This document shows positions 35,109 through 47,932 of a DNA stretch of 64,000 nt, one piece after another. Source of the DNA: Marsupella aquatica (taxonomy: Eukaryota; Plantae; Marchantiophyta); contig OZ316894.1 in NCBI GenBank assembly GCA_973895155.1, positions 18,948,805 through 19,012,804 on the forward strand, read 5' to 3'. Under the pieces are notes generated by a model. That model searched no databases. It had not been told where the DNA came from and saw only the letters and a program-made list of their open reading frames with translations. The translations under genes were made by a program, and so were the position numbers. Positions within the stretch are counted from its first letter, which is position 1; every line of letters begins with the position of its first letter.

Positions 35109-37867
35109 ATAAAAAGGTGCAACCTTGTATTATAGTTTAGGATGTACATTGGAGGAGACAACCACTAGTTTCATCATCACTAAAAGAACTATACTAACTA
35201 TACTTTTAGACAGAACCGACGACCACTCGCCCTAGATGCCAGCGTTTACTAAAAACTTCATGTAACCCAATTTTCCTTTCTTCAGGTATACATTTTAGAG
35301 TGACTTCAGGCAACCGAATTTTCCTTTCTTCGGGTACAGAGGAGAGTAGTGCAGTCTCGTCATGCCAAGTGAATGACGGACAGCGAACGATTTGTCCATT
35401 AAAGCAACGAGCACATTCGTCGGTGAAGAATGAGGCAAAGTGCGTACTAGCTACCGGCTTCAGCAGTCTAGTCCGCCCCTGGATCGATCTGGCTGGATTT
35501 GGCGGCGTAGCGCGTTCGAAAAGCGCAATCATGAGTAATGCAGAGTTAGGTTTTGATGCGGTGATCTCCTTGCCAGCCAAAGCCCGCCCGATTTGATGCC
35601 TGGAGGCCGGCCAGCAAAAAATACTTTAAAATCAATCGCCTCTCGCAAAGTACGTCAACGCGGAGTGATGTCTGATGGAGTATCCTGTACCTAGCACACT
35701 TGCAGATGGCGTAATGACGGCCGGCAGAGTTTCGACCGGCCCCACTATCTAGCTGGCCGCTTCTATGTGGGCTTTGGTGTTGTTAAATTGCTCGGCCAGC
35801 ATATCGCAACAAGAAAGATATCAAAGTGAGTCCATCGGTCCAGTTCGGACAGATCGATCAATCTAAGATTCGGAGAAGTAGTCGAGTGAATTTAGAATTC
35901 ATTCCACACAAAGTAAGTCGTGTGCGCGGCCTTGGGAACCAAAGACAGAATTAGATTGTTCGCAATTATAGGAAATCATTTTTGTCTCATTTCACCCCTT
36001 AATCGACAAAGAATGTCGCTGCACGACAATTAGGTATCAGTCTACCTTGTTTCTAGCATTTTTTTCAAGTCACGCCTGGAGCTGGGTGTGTAATTTGGGT
36101 GGACATTCGTTTGCAATTCCGCGGGGGTATGAAGTTCATCACACACGTGCATATATTACAGACGACATATCCCGTGGACAAGTGTTCGGATGTGGAACTA
36201 CAAAAACTTGTCAACGTTTCAGACATGAGTGAATTCCTCGCAACGACGCGTATCTCGGCTGTCTCCGAAAACAAGGCAAAAGTTCACGTCAAAAACACAG
36301 CCACTGCTTCCCGCGCACCTGGACACCTGGAAGACTCATGTTCTCCTTGCGCGAGCGAGTCCCCACAATCCCCACAGGAAGCATTCTACGGGTGTCCGGC
36401 CACCTCCTCATGTTACGCATTGTCACCCGGCTCGGGCTATTCGACGGTTCTCCTCAAGTTACGTTCAGGATGACAGTAGACTCCAAACGTTCCTGATTGA
36501 ATTCTCAACTGCTGTGCTAAACCAAAAGCGGATACTTCTCCAGCCTGTTGTCGGGTCTGAGTGAACTATTATTGTGTTGACATAAAATGACACCATCAAC
36601 TGTCTTTGTCGGAACACTTATATAAGAGTCAAGAGTGGTTCCAAAACTGTGTCGGAATTATTAATTAAGCACTTCCTTGATAATATATTGCGTCCATACA
36701 TGTTCGGAAACAATGGAGTCTACCTCCAAAACACGCAAAAGTATTGGAGTATGGATTCTCCATTTCATACCATTCTAAAATTATATCGTGGTACTGTCGA
36801 TTACTTCTACCTCTCATGAGAAATCTCTCTGGGAGAAAAGCGTTTGATTGTTTGAAGAACGTGAGGCTTCAGGACAAAACATTGATCGTCATTCTAATAA
36901 TATATAGCTGAGTGGGATGTTGACTTCGGAGTGTTGACTTCAGTGAGGCAACCTGAGAAAATAGATCCTCACCCTCCTCCAGTGCATTAAACCGCCAGTG
37001 GCCATAATGAAGTGTCGGAATGAAATTTCTCCCTTTCCATCCTGGTTCCATGGTGTCAAGAAAAAGTGACTATTAATGTTGAAAACTGGTGGAGTTTTGT
37101 CATGGAGAGTGGCCTTTAGGGCCAACTCGCATGTAAGGGGCCCTACCCTTTGGGGCCCTAAAACTGACTTGCGGCAGCAGATTAGTACATGAGAGAAAAA
37201 TGTTGTCACCTCCTCCCCTGCCAGTCCTGAGGGCAGAAACTTAGCAAATCTAAAGGCCAGGGCTGGAAATTTCCCGTCCTTGCAGGTCTGACCTCAACTT
37301 CCACATATAACAAATGCCCTAAAGTAACACAGTCATATGGGACAGTCTGCCATTTCAAGTTTTACCGTAGTGCACATGACACGTAGTGAGGACAAAGATT
37401 GACTTGTTAATGTACAGATTCAATTGTCCTAAAGTGTTGCAAGACGATAAAGGGCTGCAAAACACATCAAGGCCACTCACATGCAAGTTGGCCCATAAAG
37501 CTAACTTGCATGAAGGCAGTTCTCAAGAGACATTTCCTTACCATTCCTTGAACTGCTCAAGACCAATGTTCTTTCCACTTCTTGCACTGACAGGAAAAGC
37601 AGATCTAACTTTTCCACAAGGATGAACTTTTTCACAAGACCTTCCAAAGGTATGTTTTGTTTGGTTCATTGTCATTTCAAAGTAAGGGACCTTAAGATCA
37701 AGGGCCCATGGTTCTCTGCTATATATGCCATCAGGTTTAGCTCACAAGGAGGCAATGAGGAATATAATTCTCAGTCAAAATTTGCACTATGTCATAGGTT
37801 AAGTTGAGGGGCCAGAAAATGAAGGGCTGCCCACATGGATGCAAGTTGACTCTTAAACTGCCACCTG

Positions 37868-40800
37868 TGTAGAGGTTAACTCAGTCTTGGGTTGAACTAT
37901 GGTTAGTATGTTAACTAGGGTTAGAGTAAACCCTAGTTGAAGAGTTGGTCCTCATCTCTTCAACTTCTATGTGGTGTGAGAACACACAAGAGAGTTCTCA
38001 AGAGAGAACACAGTGATATAGCAAGAGATGAGAGCCTAGGAGATGAGAGCTATGGTGATGCTTGAGTAGACACATAACCGTTAATAAAGCTTGGTCTTCC
38101 CGTGGACGTAGCCAACCTTGAGGCGAACCACGTAACTATTGAGCACGTGTATGTTTGGAGTGTTTTTCCTAATCTGAATTCTCTCCACAAGTGGTATCAG
38201 AGCTCAGGTTTTTTCAGTCGATTAGGAACTCCATAGAACTTGCTTCAAGCAAAGCGAACAGCGGATGATTTCCTCTTTGAAGCGGAGCTATTGAAAGAAG
38301 ATCGGACTCAATCTTCTCACAAGTGTGGAGCACACAACCAGGGGCTCATTTCAGTGAAGCAATGAAGGCCTGAGGTCAGAAACGGAAACAATTGTAAGTG
38401 ACAGTTTTCAATTTACGTTATCGAGCAAGAGATAAGGTCAATTTCTCAGATCAGTCTTTTTGATTGTTCTATTGGGACTTGAAACTGAGATATGCTTGAG
38501 CGCCTTGTCTTTCTAGACGTTTCGATATCAACATCGTTGAATTCCGTCAAACGGTTTAGAAGCAATCTTAATTTCAATTCTCGTTTTTTGAGCTCAAAAT
38601 TTTGGCTATGTCGGATAACTTAATATCAGTCACTTTCACCGAATTGTTTCTCCCTCATTACTCCACTATTTTGCGAGTTCTTTATATCAATCTTGATGCC
38701 CTCAAAGTCTAGTTTCTGAATCTGAAATCAGAATTGGATTTCGTCAAAAACTGAGACGGGAATTTGAGTGAATCCACCGAGGGGTACTTTCTGCCGCGAG
38801 TAGTCGCGACTTCCGCGGACGCGCGAGGAGGTCGAAAACTTTGAGGAGGCCTTTTAGGGCTCGACAGGGCTCGGGCAGGGGAAGTGCCCCCTGTGAAGTC
38901 CCCCACAGGGGCTGTACAAGGGCGGACGGAATTTCCCGAAAAGATTCTTTTCCAGAGGCTTAAATTTTTACCGAAGGTCAAAGATTCCGAGCGGCAAATA
39001 AAATTGGATCAACTTCAACTTTTGGAGAGGCGTACTTGGGGAAGCTAGGCAAGTATTGGTGCGTTCGATTCTGAAAAAGTATACTAGTGGAATCTTTGGC
39101 ATAAGAGATTCCCTCGAGGGGTAATTATTTCATCTTTTACCCCCCTCCGGTCGGAGTAAAAATTCTTGGCACTCGAGAGTCCATTTGACAAACTGTTTTC
39201 AGAATTTGGAGCGTTACCTTGTGGGCTACACATAGGAGTGATCAGTTTCAAAATTCACCAACTTTCATTTTTGGCCTTATTTTCACACCCCACATCTGAG
39301 CATTCGATGTTTATTTCTTGTCGGAAGGCGACTCCACACTACATTTGGCATTCCAACGATGGCGAGTACTAGGATTGGAGGTCAAAGGTTTGAGGTGGAA
39401 AATTTTGATGGTCGGATGGACTATACAATGTGGGAACGTAACGTGAGGGATGCACTTAGGGCGATGGGCCTAGGCAAGGTACTAAGATCTCAACCCAAGG
39501 AGATGGAAGATGATGATTGGCACGATCTTCAGGATCAAGCGGTAAGTATTGTTGGCATGTACCTGAAAAACAATGTGAAGAAGCAGTTCGAGGAAAAAGC
39601 AACACAAACGGTGATGGACTTGTTTCAAGCATTGCACAACAAGTACTACAAGAAGGAGATGTCAAACCAAATGTATGCAAGCCTGAAGCTCATGCAATTC
39701 AAAATGACTGATAGAGTCAAGATTCAAGATCATATCGATCAGTTCAATGATCTTGTGGTTGACCTAGAGAATTTGGGGGAGCATTTGAGTGAAGAAAAGA
39801 AAGCCTTACAACTCTTGAGCTCACTACCACCTTCGTACCAATCTTTGTCTCAAGTTCTTCTATTCCGTGATAAGACAACTATATCCTACAATGATGTAGT
39901 GAGTGCCCTGTTGACCGATGATATGCAGTCTAAACTGGTTTCTTCAGCTCATCCTACCTCAACCTCATCATCAGCTGCACTATTGGTAGAAAGAGGCAAA
40001 ACAAGGGAGCCATCTCATGAAAATAAACGGTTTAACCCACTTCCCATGGAGCGAGGAAGGTTCCACGACCGATCCTTTGGTAGGAGGAGGTTTAGATCCA
40101 GATCTAGATCTCGATCCAAATCACCATCCAGGTCTACTCGTGAGATAAAGTGTTGGAAGTGTGACAAAGTGGGCCACATGAAGAAGGATTGTCGCGTCAA
40201 AGACACATTCAAGGAAGTTGTTGGTTCTTCAGCCCAAGTAGTTGTTCGAGAAGAGGATAGTGAAGGATTTGCATTGTGTACCACTTCCCAAGTTGAGGAT
40301 TGTCAATGGATCTTGGATTCCGCTTGCTCGTATCACATGTGTTATATGCGTGAATTTTTCTCATCCTACACTCCTATCAACGGATCTGTTTTGATGAGAA
40401 ATAATCATTCTTGCAAAGTTTTAGGGATTGGATCCGTAAAGATTCAACTACCCGGTGGCAAGTACTGTACTCTATCAAATGTCCGACACATTCCAGAAAT
40501 GTGTAAGAATTTGATTTCTCTTGGCTACTTGGATGCGAAGGGTTATCAATGGAGTGCAACTGATGGGGTGTTAACAATCACGCATGGATCAACTGAAGTT
40601 CTTATTGGCAAGAGGAAAAGAAACATCTATGTCTTGGAAGGCACCACACTTCTTGCTGAAGTCAATTTGGTCACATCTCAGGGAGGAGAAAATCAATTTA
40701 TGGCATGCTCGGCTTGGTCACATGAGTGAAAAAAGTTTGGAAATCTTACACAAGCGACATCTCCTACCAGGATTGCAAGCATGCAAGTTGAGTTTTTGTG

Positions 40801-43800
40801 ATCATTGCATTGTCGGCAAGAAAACAAGAACTCCATTTCCGACTGCCATTCATCATTCTAAAGTTGTACTTGAGTATATTCATTCTGATGTGTGGGGTCC
40901 TACTCCGGTTTCCTCACATTCAGGCAAACAATACTATGTATCGTTTATCGATGATTACTCAAAGTTTGTTTGGATTTATTTTATTGCCCATAAGTTTGAA
41001 GTGCTTTCCATCTTCAAACAATGGGTAGCTCAAGTTGAGACACATACTACAAAGAATGTGAGATATCTATGATCAGATAATGGTGGTGAATACACCTCTA
41101 GCGAGTTCAACACGTATTGTGCAAATAAGAGAATTACTCACCATCTCACAACTGTGTACACTCCTGAGCAAAATGGTGTTGCTGAGCGACTCAACCGCAC
41201 ATTGTTGGAGCGAGCAAGGAGCATGTTGAGCCACTCTAAATTGCCACAAATCTTTTGGGTGGAAGCTGTCAACATAGCTGCTTATCTAGTAAATCTCTCT
41301 CCTAGTCGGGCAATTACTTACAAAACCCCCTCTGAGCTATGGCACAATCGACCTACTGATTATTCAAAGCTTAGGGTTTTTGGCTGTGAAGCATATGCAC
41401 ATGTTCCTAGCAACAATAGGACTAAGCTAGATCCTAGAGCCTAGAAATTCATTTTTCTTGGTTATCAGCGTGAAGTTAAAGGTTATCGGTTGTGGGATCC
41501 AGTTGATTGTAAGTTACTTGTTAGTTGGGATGTATCCTTCAATGAAGAAAAATCATTGAAGGAGGGGGAGATAGATCAATTCCCTACTACTAACAAAGAG
41601 CAATCTCCTCCTCTAGAGGATATAAGGGGAAAGGATGTGTCAGATAACGAATATGTTGACACCACTGTAAGGCAAAACACACTACAATCAGATCAGCCAG
41701 AGTCTTCAGTGCGAAGAGGAACTCAAAAACGTCAAGCCCGGGAATGGTATGGAACTTGGCTTCCTTCTGATCAAGTGGATTTGGATGAAGAATCTATTGA
41801 TGCATTGGTGACAGAAGATGGAGATCCATCCTCATTTCGAGAGGTCATAGCTTCTATGGAGAAGCAATAGTGGTAGGCGGCGATGCGCATGGAAATAAAA
41901 TCACTTCATGATAACAAGACTTGGGAACTCACAAGTCTACCTAGTGACAAGCAGGCTGTTGACAGCAAGTGGGTGTATAGGAAGAAAGATGGACCCACGG
42001 AGGATGCTGAGAAGATATTTAAGGCTCGGTTGGTAGCCAAGGGTTTTACTCAACAAAAAGGTATAGACTACAATGAGGTTTTTTCACCTGTAGCAAAGTA
42101 TTCAACAATACGTTTGCTATGTGCTCTTGTAGTTTTATTTGATCTGGTTTTAGATGAAATGGATGTTGTCACGACATTCTTATATGGATCGTTGGATGAG
42201 GTGATTTACATGAGGCAACCAGAGGGTTTTGTGCAAAAGGGCAAGGAAAATTTGGTATGCAGGTTGCTAAAATCCTTGTAGGGATTAAAGCAGAGCCCAA
42301 GGCAGTGGAACAAGCGTTTTGATGAATTTTTGAAATTGCTTGGATTTGTGCGAAGCGTGTACGATCCATGTGTTTACATAAGACGTGTAAACAACACAGG
42401 TTTTAAGCTTGTCATCCTTGTACTTTATGTGGATGACATGCTCATTGCAGCACAGGATAGGGGCAAAGTTGATAAGCTTAAGGCCCAACTCAGTTCTGAG
42501 TTTAAGATGAAGGATTTGGGCACAGCCAAGAGGATCCTAGGCATGGAGATTGTCAGGGATGTTAACAAAGCCAAACTTTGGCTGACACAGAAAAGATATG
42601 CAGAGAAGGTACTCTCAAAATTGAACATGGCAGATGCTAAGGCTGTGAGTGTTCCTTTGGCAAGGCATTTCAATATTTCTGTAGCATTTTGTCCATCGGA
42701 TGCGACAGAAAAAAGTTTGATGTCCAAAGTTCCTTATGAAAGTGCTGTGGGTAGTTTAATGTATCTCATGGTATGCACCCGACCAGACATAGCTTATGCC
42801 GTTAGCAAGGTAAGCAGATACATGGCAAATCTAGGAAAAGTTCATTGGGAAGCAGTGAAATGGATTTTGCGCTACATCAGAGGTTCCACTAAGAAGGGTT
42901 TATTGTTTGATGCAAGTTCAAACAATATGAAAGTGCTTCAAGGTTATGTGGATGCAGACTACGCAGGTGATCTGGATAAGAGGAGATCGACAACTGGATA
43001 TGTATTTACACTTGCTGGTGGATGCATTAGTTGGAAGTCTACTCTCCAAAAGTGTGTTGCAAAGTCTACTATGGATGCCGAGTATGTAGCAGCAGTAGAA
43101 ACAGCATTAGAGACCATTTGGTTGAAAAAGCTTGTCACGGAGATGGGTTTATCACAGGAGTGTGTATATCTTCATTGTGACAGTCAAAGTGCAATTTACA
43201 CTGCCAAGAATCAGGTGATGGATGGCAAGGTAAAGCACATTGATGTCCGCTATCATTTCATCCGACAGGCATTATCGGATGATGAATTTGAGCTTGTCAA
43301 GATTGATGGAAAGCTTAATCCAGCGGATGCTTTTACCAAAGTATTAGACTCCAATAGTTTTTCAAGGCATTGTAATTATTTACAAATATTGTAAATATAG
43401 AGTTAACCAAGAAAATGTCTCTATATGAGTACTCCATCCGATGGCTTATCGGCTACGGCTTAGTTCTAGCTAACCCTTGCATTAGGGGGAGGGTCTTTTG
43501 GCCCTACTGTCTTGAACTTCCCGCGGAGGAACTTGTAAGGAAAAGACAATGTTATGAACCCTCCCAAGACGTGAGTCAAGAGGGAGTTTGTAGAGGTTAA
43601 CTCAGTCTTGGTTTGAACTATGGTTAGTATGTTAACTAGGGTTAGAGTAAACCCTAGTTGAAGAGTTGGTCCTTATCTCTTCAACTTCTATGTGGTGTGA
43701 GAACACACAAGAGAGTTCTCAAGAGAGAACACAGTGATATAGCAAGAGATGAGAGCCTAGGAGATGAGAGCTATGGTGATGCTTGAATAAACACATAACC

Positions 43801-43910
43801 GTTAATAAAGCTTGGTCTTCCCGTGGACGTAGCCAACCTTGAGGCGAACCACGTAACTATTGAGCACGTGTATGTTTGGAGTGTTTTTCCTGATCTGAAT
43901 TCTCCCCACA
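37868..43910 (+). mobile_element. Full-length Ty1/Copia LTR retrotransposon
   Basis: 322-bp TG..CA LTRs (37868-38189 and 43589-43910, about 6 differences); TSD ACCTG; PBS TGGTATCAGAGC (38192-38203, tRNA-iMet); PPT AAGAGGGAG near 43578. Confidence 0.97.
39359..43394 (+). pseudogene. Copia gag-pol polyprotein (disrupted)
   Basis: Zn knuckle CWKCDKVGHMKKDC, protease WILDSAC, integrase HSDVWGP..QNGVAER, RT YVDDML, RNase H KHIDVRYHF. Frameshift near 40685; stops at 41070, 41442, 41868 and 42279. Confidence 0.93.
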
Positions 43911-45442
43911 ACCTGCAATATATATATAAGGAAGGCTTTACAAGACAGTGGGGGTGCTTTGACTTTTTTTTTACCACAGCAAACTCGGGACCATTTCAGA
44001 TAGTTACTAACGATAGTGTACCAGGGCTAAAATAGTTTTGGAATGAATCCTTTTATGGCCTATGTTGTGTGTTATCCTGGAGAATTTTTCTACTTGTTTG
44101 CTGTGGAGGTCTTTGGGGCCCCTCATCTGACCTTCAATGATTCTTACCTTCATGCAAAAGTATATTATGTAGGACTTGAACCTTAACCCCAGGTGTGAGC
44201 CCAAAAGTGAGTCATCATGGCGTTCTTTAGACAAAAGGGTGCCTGTTGCACTTCAAAAGGCTCAGACATTCACTATTCTTGGTAGGGGTGAGGCAGTTGG
44301 TTTAGGCCCCGTTTAGGCCGTTAACCAGATTCCCTTGCTCGACCTTCCCGTGCAGTTCACCAAGAGCTCTACCAGGCTCTTTCAGTTTGCCGCTAGGTAG
44401 GGTTTTAGGGTTTCTGTTCTTGGTTGCTTTTGTGGACTTGTGTTTGGACTTCTCGGACCTTTTGACATTTTGTTGGCTCCCCTTATAATTGGGTCTTTGG
44501 CCCGGCCTCTGAGATCATGTCTCCTGGTTGGGTTCTTGGTTGGGCTCTGGGTTGGGCTCTGGGTTGGGCTCCTTTTATTTTTTGGCAGTTTGAAAGCTGA
44601 AATATATAATTTTATGGCCCCCGACCTCTTCTAAAGCTAACCCCAGCAAATCGGGTGTTGGACCAATTTCCTAAGAGACAAGTTGGGGACCCACTCCACC
44701 TCAAATTCATGGTTGCTGTTCCTTAGCCAGAACCTTCTAGCTCCGACAAGAGAAGATCTCATGAAGAATTTGTGCCTTTTGTGGTCTACTTTTAATTAAT
44801 GCAAATGACTCAAAATAGGAATGAACCAAGGGGCCACATGATGAGACGGTCTCCAAGGGAGGTGGTCTCCAATCTGGGACAAAATTGTGCTCCACTTCAT
44901 TCCAGGTAAGATGGACAATAGTGTAGAAAAAGCTACCCCTAGAAAGTTTTGTAAAGTGAAATTTGTAAAGTGAAATGCTGTTTTGTCTCCCAATATATCC
45001 AGAAAAAGTTGAAATGGTCACCAATTAAGGTATTGTAAAGCAATCCTTAGGGAGAACTGTCCAAGACTTTCCCCCTTTTTCCACATTCCACTCAATTAAT
45101 TTACTCTTTGGTGTGAGTCTGCCCCATGCTTTCAAGGAAAAGTTCCTACTAATAGTGCACCCAGGTGGCACCAGGTTTTGTCATGACTAGTGGAGGTCTA
45201 AGGGGGCTTGGTAGGCACAAGTGGTCACTATCACCCACTGCAAAACTTGAGATCCATTTGCATGCACTAAAATTCAATTGCTTGAGCCAAAATCTATCAA
45301 GATGTATCAAAAGAAATATTGCAAAATCAAGTTCTAGCATCTAGCATTTTAACTCTACCAGTTTTCAATCAGACTAGTGCTAAATGCTTGAGCCAAAATG
45401 TGTCAGGTTGGATACAATAATTGCAAGATCGTAACTAAATAG

Positions 45443-46039
45443 CCCGGTTTGGACTTGCCCGGCAAATAGACCCTTCCGAGGCTGTCAACCTGCAAGTCGA
45501 CACCCGGCCTCTCCCGGTCTCGCTCCCCCGGTCCCGGCCCGGCCCGGCCATGACCTCCCGGCCCCATCGCCCGGTCTCGTTTCCCTTTTGTTTCCTCCGT
45601 CCCGGCCCAAGCACATCCCCCGGCTCACACGTCCCCTGGTCCCCAGTCCCCTCCCCCTCCCTCAATGCCGACCCGGACCCGGCCCCAGCTTCGAGTCGAC
45701 CCTCCCCTCACCCGGACCCGGCCTCCCCTCCTCACCCGGCCCTCCTCACCCTCCCCTCACTCGGACCCGGCCCGGCCCTCCCCTCCCCTCCCCTCCCCTC
45801 CCCTCCCCTCCTCCCACCCGGACCCGGTCCGGGGAGGGGCCGGGCCGGGCCGGGCTGGTTGCCGGGAAGGGTGGTAGCGTCCGGGATGAGGCCAGGAAGA
45901 GTTTGGGCTGGGCCGGGAAAAGTTCGGGCCGGGCCGGGGAATAAGATGGAATATGCGTCAAATAGAGGCATTTTGGTCCGGCAAATGCAGAGTTTACGTG
46001 CCGGGCAACTCGGCAAGTTGCCCGTCACTTCAAACCGGG
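45443..46039. mobile_element. GC-rich MITE with CCCGGTTTG TIRs and 8-bp TSD
   Basis: CTAAATAG at 45435-45442 and 46040-46047 flanks CCCGGTTTG...CAAACCGGG; interior is rich in CCCGG motifs and has a (CCCCT)n run. Confidence 0.7.
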
Positions 46040-47559
46040 CTAAATAGAATGGACCTACTGTAGTTGTCCATTTTTAGGACCATCTCAAGAGGTTGTCTTT
46101 GAAAAAATATGCTCACACTAGCACAAAAAGTGACCCACAAGAGGCCCCCTAGCAAGTGACTAGGATCAGGAATGTTTTGTCAGATTGTGCCCCCAAGTTC
46201 TTGTAAAGTGAACTCTGGCCTGTTGGCCTGTTCCCACATTTGAATGGCTACAGTTGCATTTCGAACATAAAGAGAAAGAAAAAACCCTCGTCAGAGTTCT
46301 TGTAAACTCCCCCTAATTTAGTGCCCCCAAGTTCATATAATGGGAAATCTGGTCACTGCCCACATTTGTTTTGCCTTGAAACATCCAATTAAAATCCATT
46401 CGAAGAGACAGCAAACAATGGGGTGGCCCACAAAAGGAGTACAACTCCCAAGGGGGGACCTAAGGTTGATGTGCCAAAGGCAGGTGGAGCCTCTTCACAC
46501 AATTGAATGGCTAGGGTTGCATCCCACACATCTAAAGAAAAAGAGACAGGGGTAGTTCTTGTAAAGGCCCCATAATTCACACTTGAATTAAGGAGCGGTC
46601 TCCAAATCTGCCACGAAGAGTGATACCAGGGCAGGTAGAATGCTCAACACTAGCTATAGTCATTGCATCGTCCTTTGTCCACATTATTTTGTCCAGGTTC
46701 AATTCGCAATTTGGTGGTCATTTGGACAGTAAGCTAAGCTAGACTAGGGTACGGTTCATTTTGTAGCCCTAAAGTAGAAGAAGTAATGGATTAATTTTTG
46801 AGGCTGCTATACTATGTGGCCCAACACCTTTTGGTTGTCTTGTCTTATTCATGTTGCTTGTCATGTATTTTTATATACATTTGACCTAGTCTAGGCTTTT
46901 GTTTTATATTATTTTAAATTTAGTAATTTCTTCCAACCCCTTTAATTTTTGTCTTATTCATGGTGCTTGTCATGTATTTTTATATACATTTTTCCAACCC
47001 CCTTAATTTTTCATGCCTTAGTTTCTATCAGGTACTTTAGAGTAAATGTTACCTTTTTAAGACTCTATTCTGGCTATGCCCACAATTCGTGCTTATTGCT
47101 GAGAAGGAGAGACTTTCACCTGGCTCAACCGGGCAACTAGAACTGAACAGTTGGATGGACTGTACATTATATCCTGGTTGATAATTTTACAACACTTATG
47201 GTTTATATATCAGTGTCACCTGAATAAAGAGCCACTAAAAATACATATTTCTCTTTCAACTAATATTGTACCCACAGTACATACAATAGTTAATGTAATT
47301 GTCTTTTTCAAAGTGAGAAAGTATTCTACCTCTCCTTGAAAGAGAATCAATGCGCATTTGCCTTAGTCATGATTTAGGTTCTAGGTTGGGGTTGGCTGCT
47401 TTTGTGGTGTACCCTTTGTTCCCTCCTCCATGCCTTTTTTTTCCCCCTTTTTTGGTTACCTCCCTTTGATTGGACCATTGGACTTTGGGATCCTGTCTCC
47501 TTGGGTCGGAAGCTTTTGGTTTTTGGTAGTTTGATATAATATTTTCTTCATCATTGTCA

Positions 47560-47932
47560 CTTTGGAAATTAGAATCTAGAGACAAATCAACAAAACTTGA
47601 AGTTTGATATATAATTTTCTTTACTCATTTGTCACTTTAGAAATTTGATTCACACATCACCAAAATTTGAAGTTTGATATATAGTTTTCTTTACTCATTT
47701 GTCACTTTGGAAATTTGATTCACACATCAACAGAATTTGAAGTTTGATATATTGAATCTAAAGACAAATCAACAAAACTTGAAGTTTGATATGTAGTTTT
47801 CTTAATCCTTTGTCTCTTTGCAAACTACAATCTAGAGACAAATCAACAAAACTTGAAATGTGATACATTGTTCTCTGAATCATTTGTCATTTTGAAAATT
47901 AGATTCTAAATACAAATCAACAAAACTTGAAA
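47560..47932. repeat. AT-rich ~60-bp degenerate tandem repeat
   Basis: ATCAACAAAACTTGAAGTTTGATAT recurs about 6 times. Confidence 0.75.

Larger units (their letters stand above)
3677..35142 (-). mobile_element. Putative non-autonomous Helitron (about 2 kb native) split by nested insertions
   Basis: On the minus strand the 5' end reads A|TCCTAAACTATAATA (35142). The 3' end has hairpin GTGCAACGCAC (3691-3701) followed by CTCG|T (3677), versus the CTRR consensus. Similar AAAAGATGTCG repeats lie on both sides of the CACTA insertion. Confidence 0.4.

Noticed and set aside
35206-36564. 110-125-aa ORFs
   Set aside because: No recognisable motif or consistent exon structure; cannot support a gene call
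45550-46047. Proline/glycine-rich ORFs (up to 165 aa)
   Set aside because: By-product of the GC-rich MITE with few stop codons
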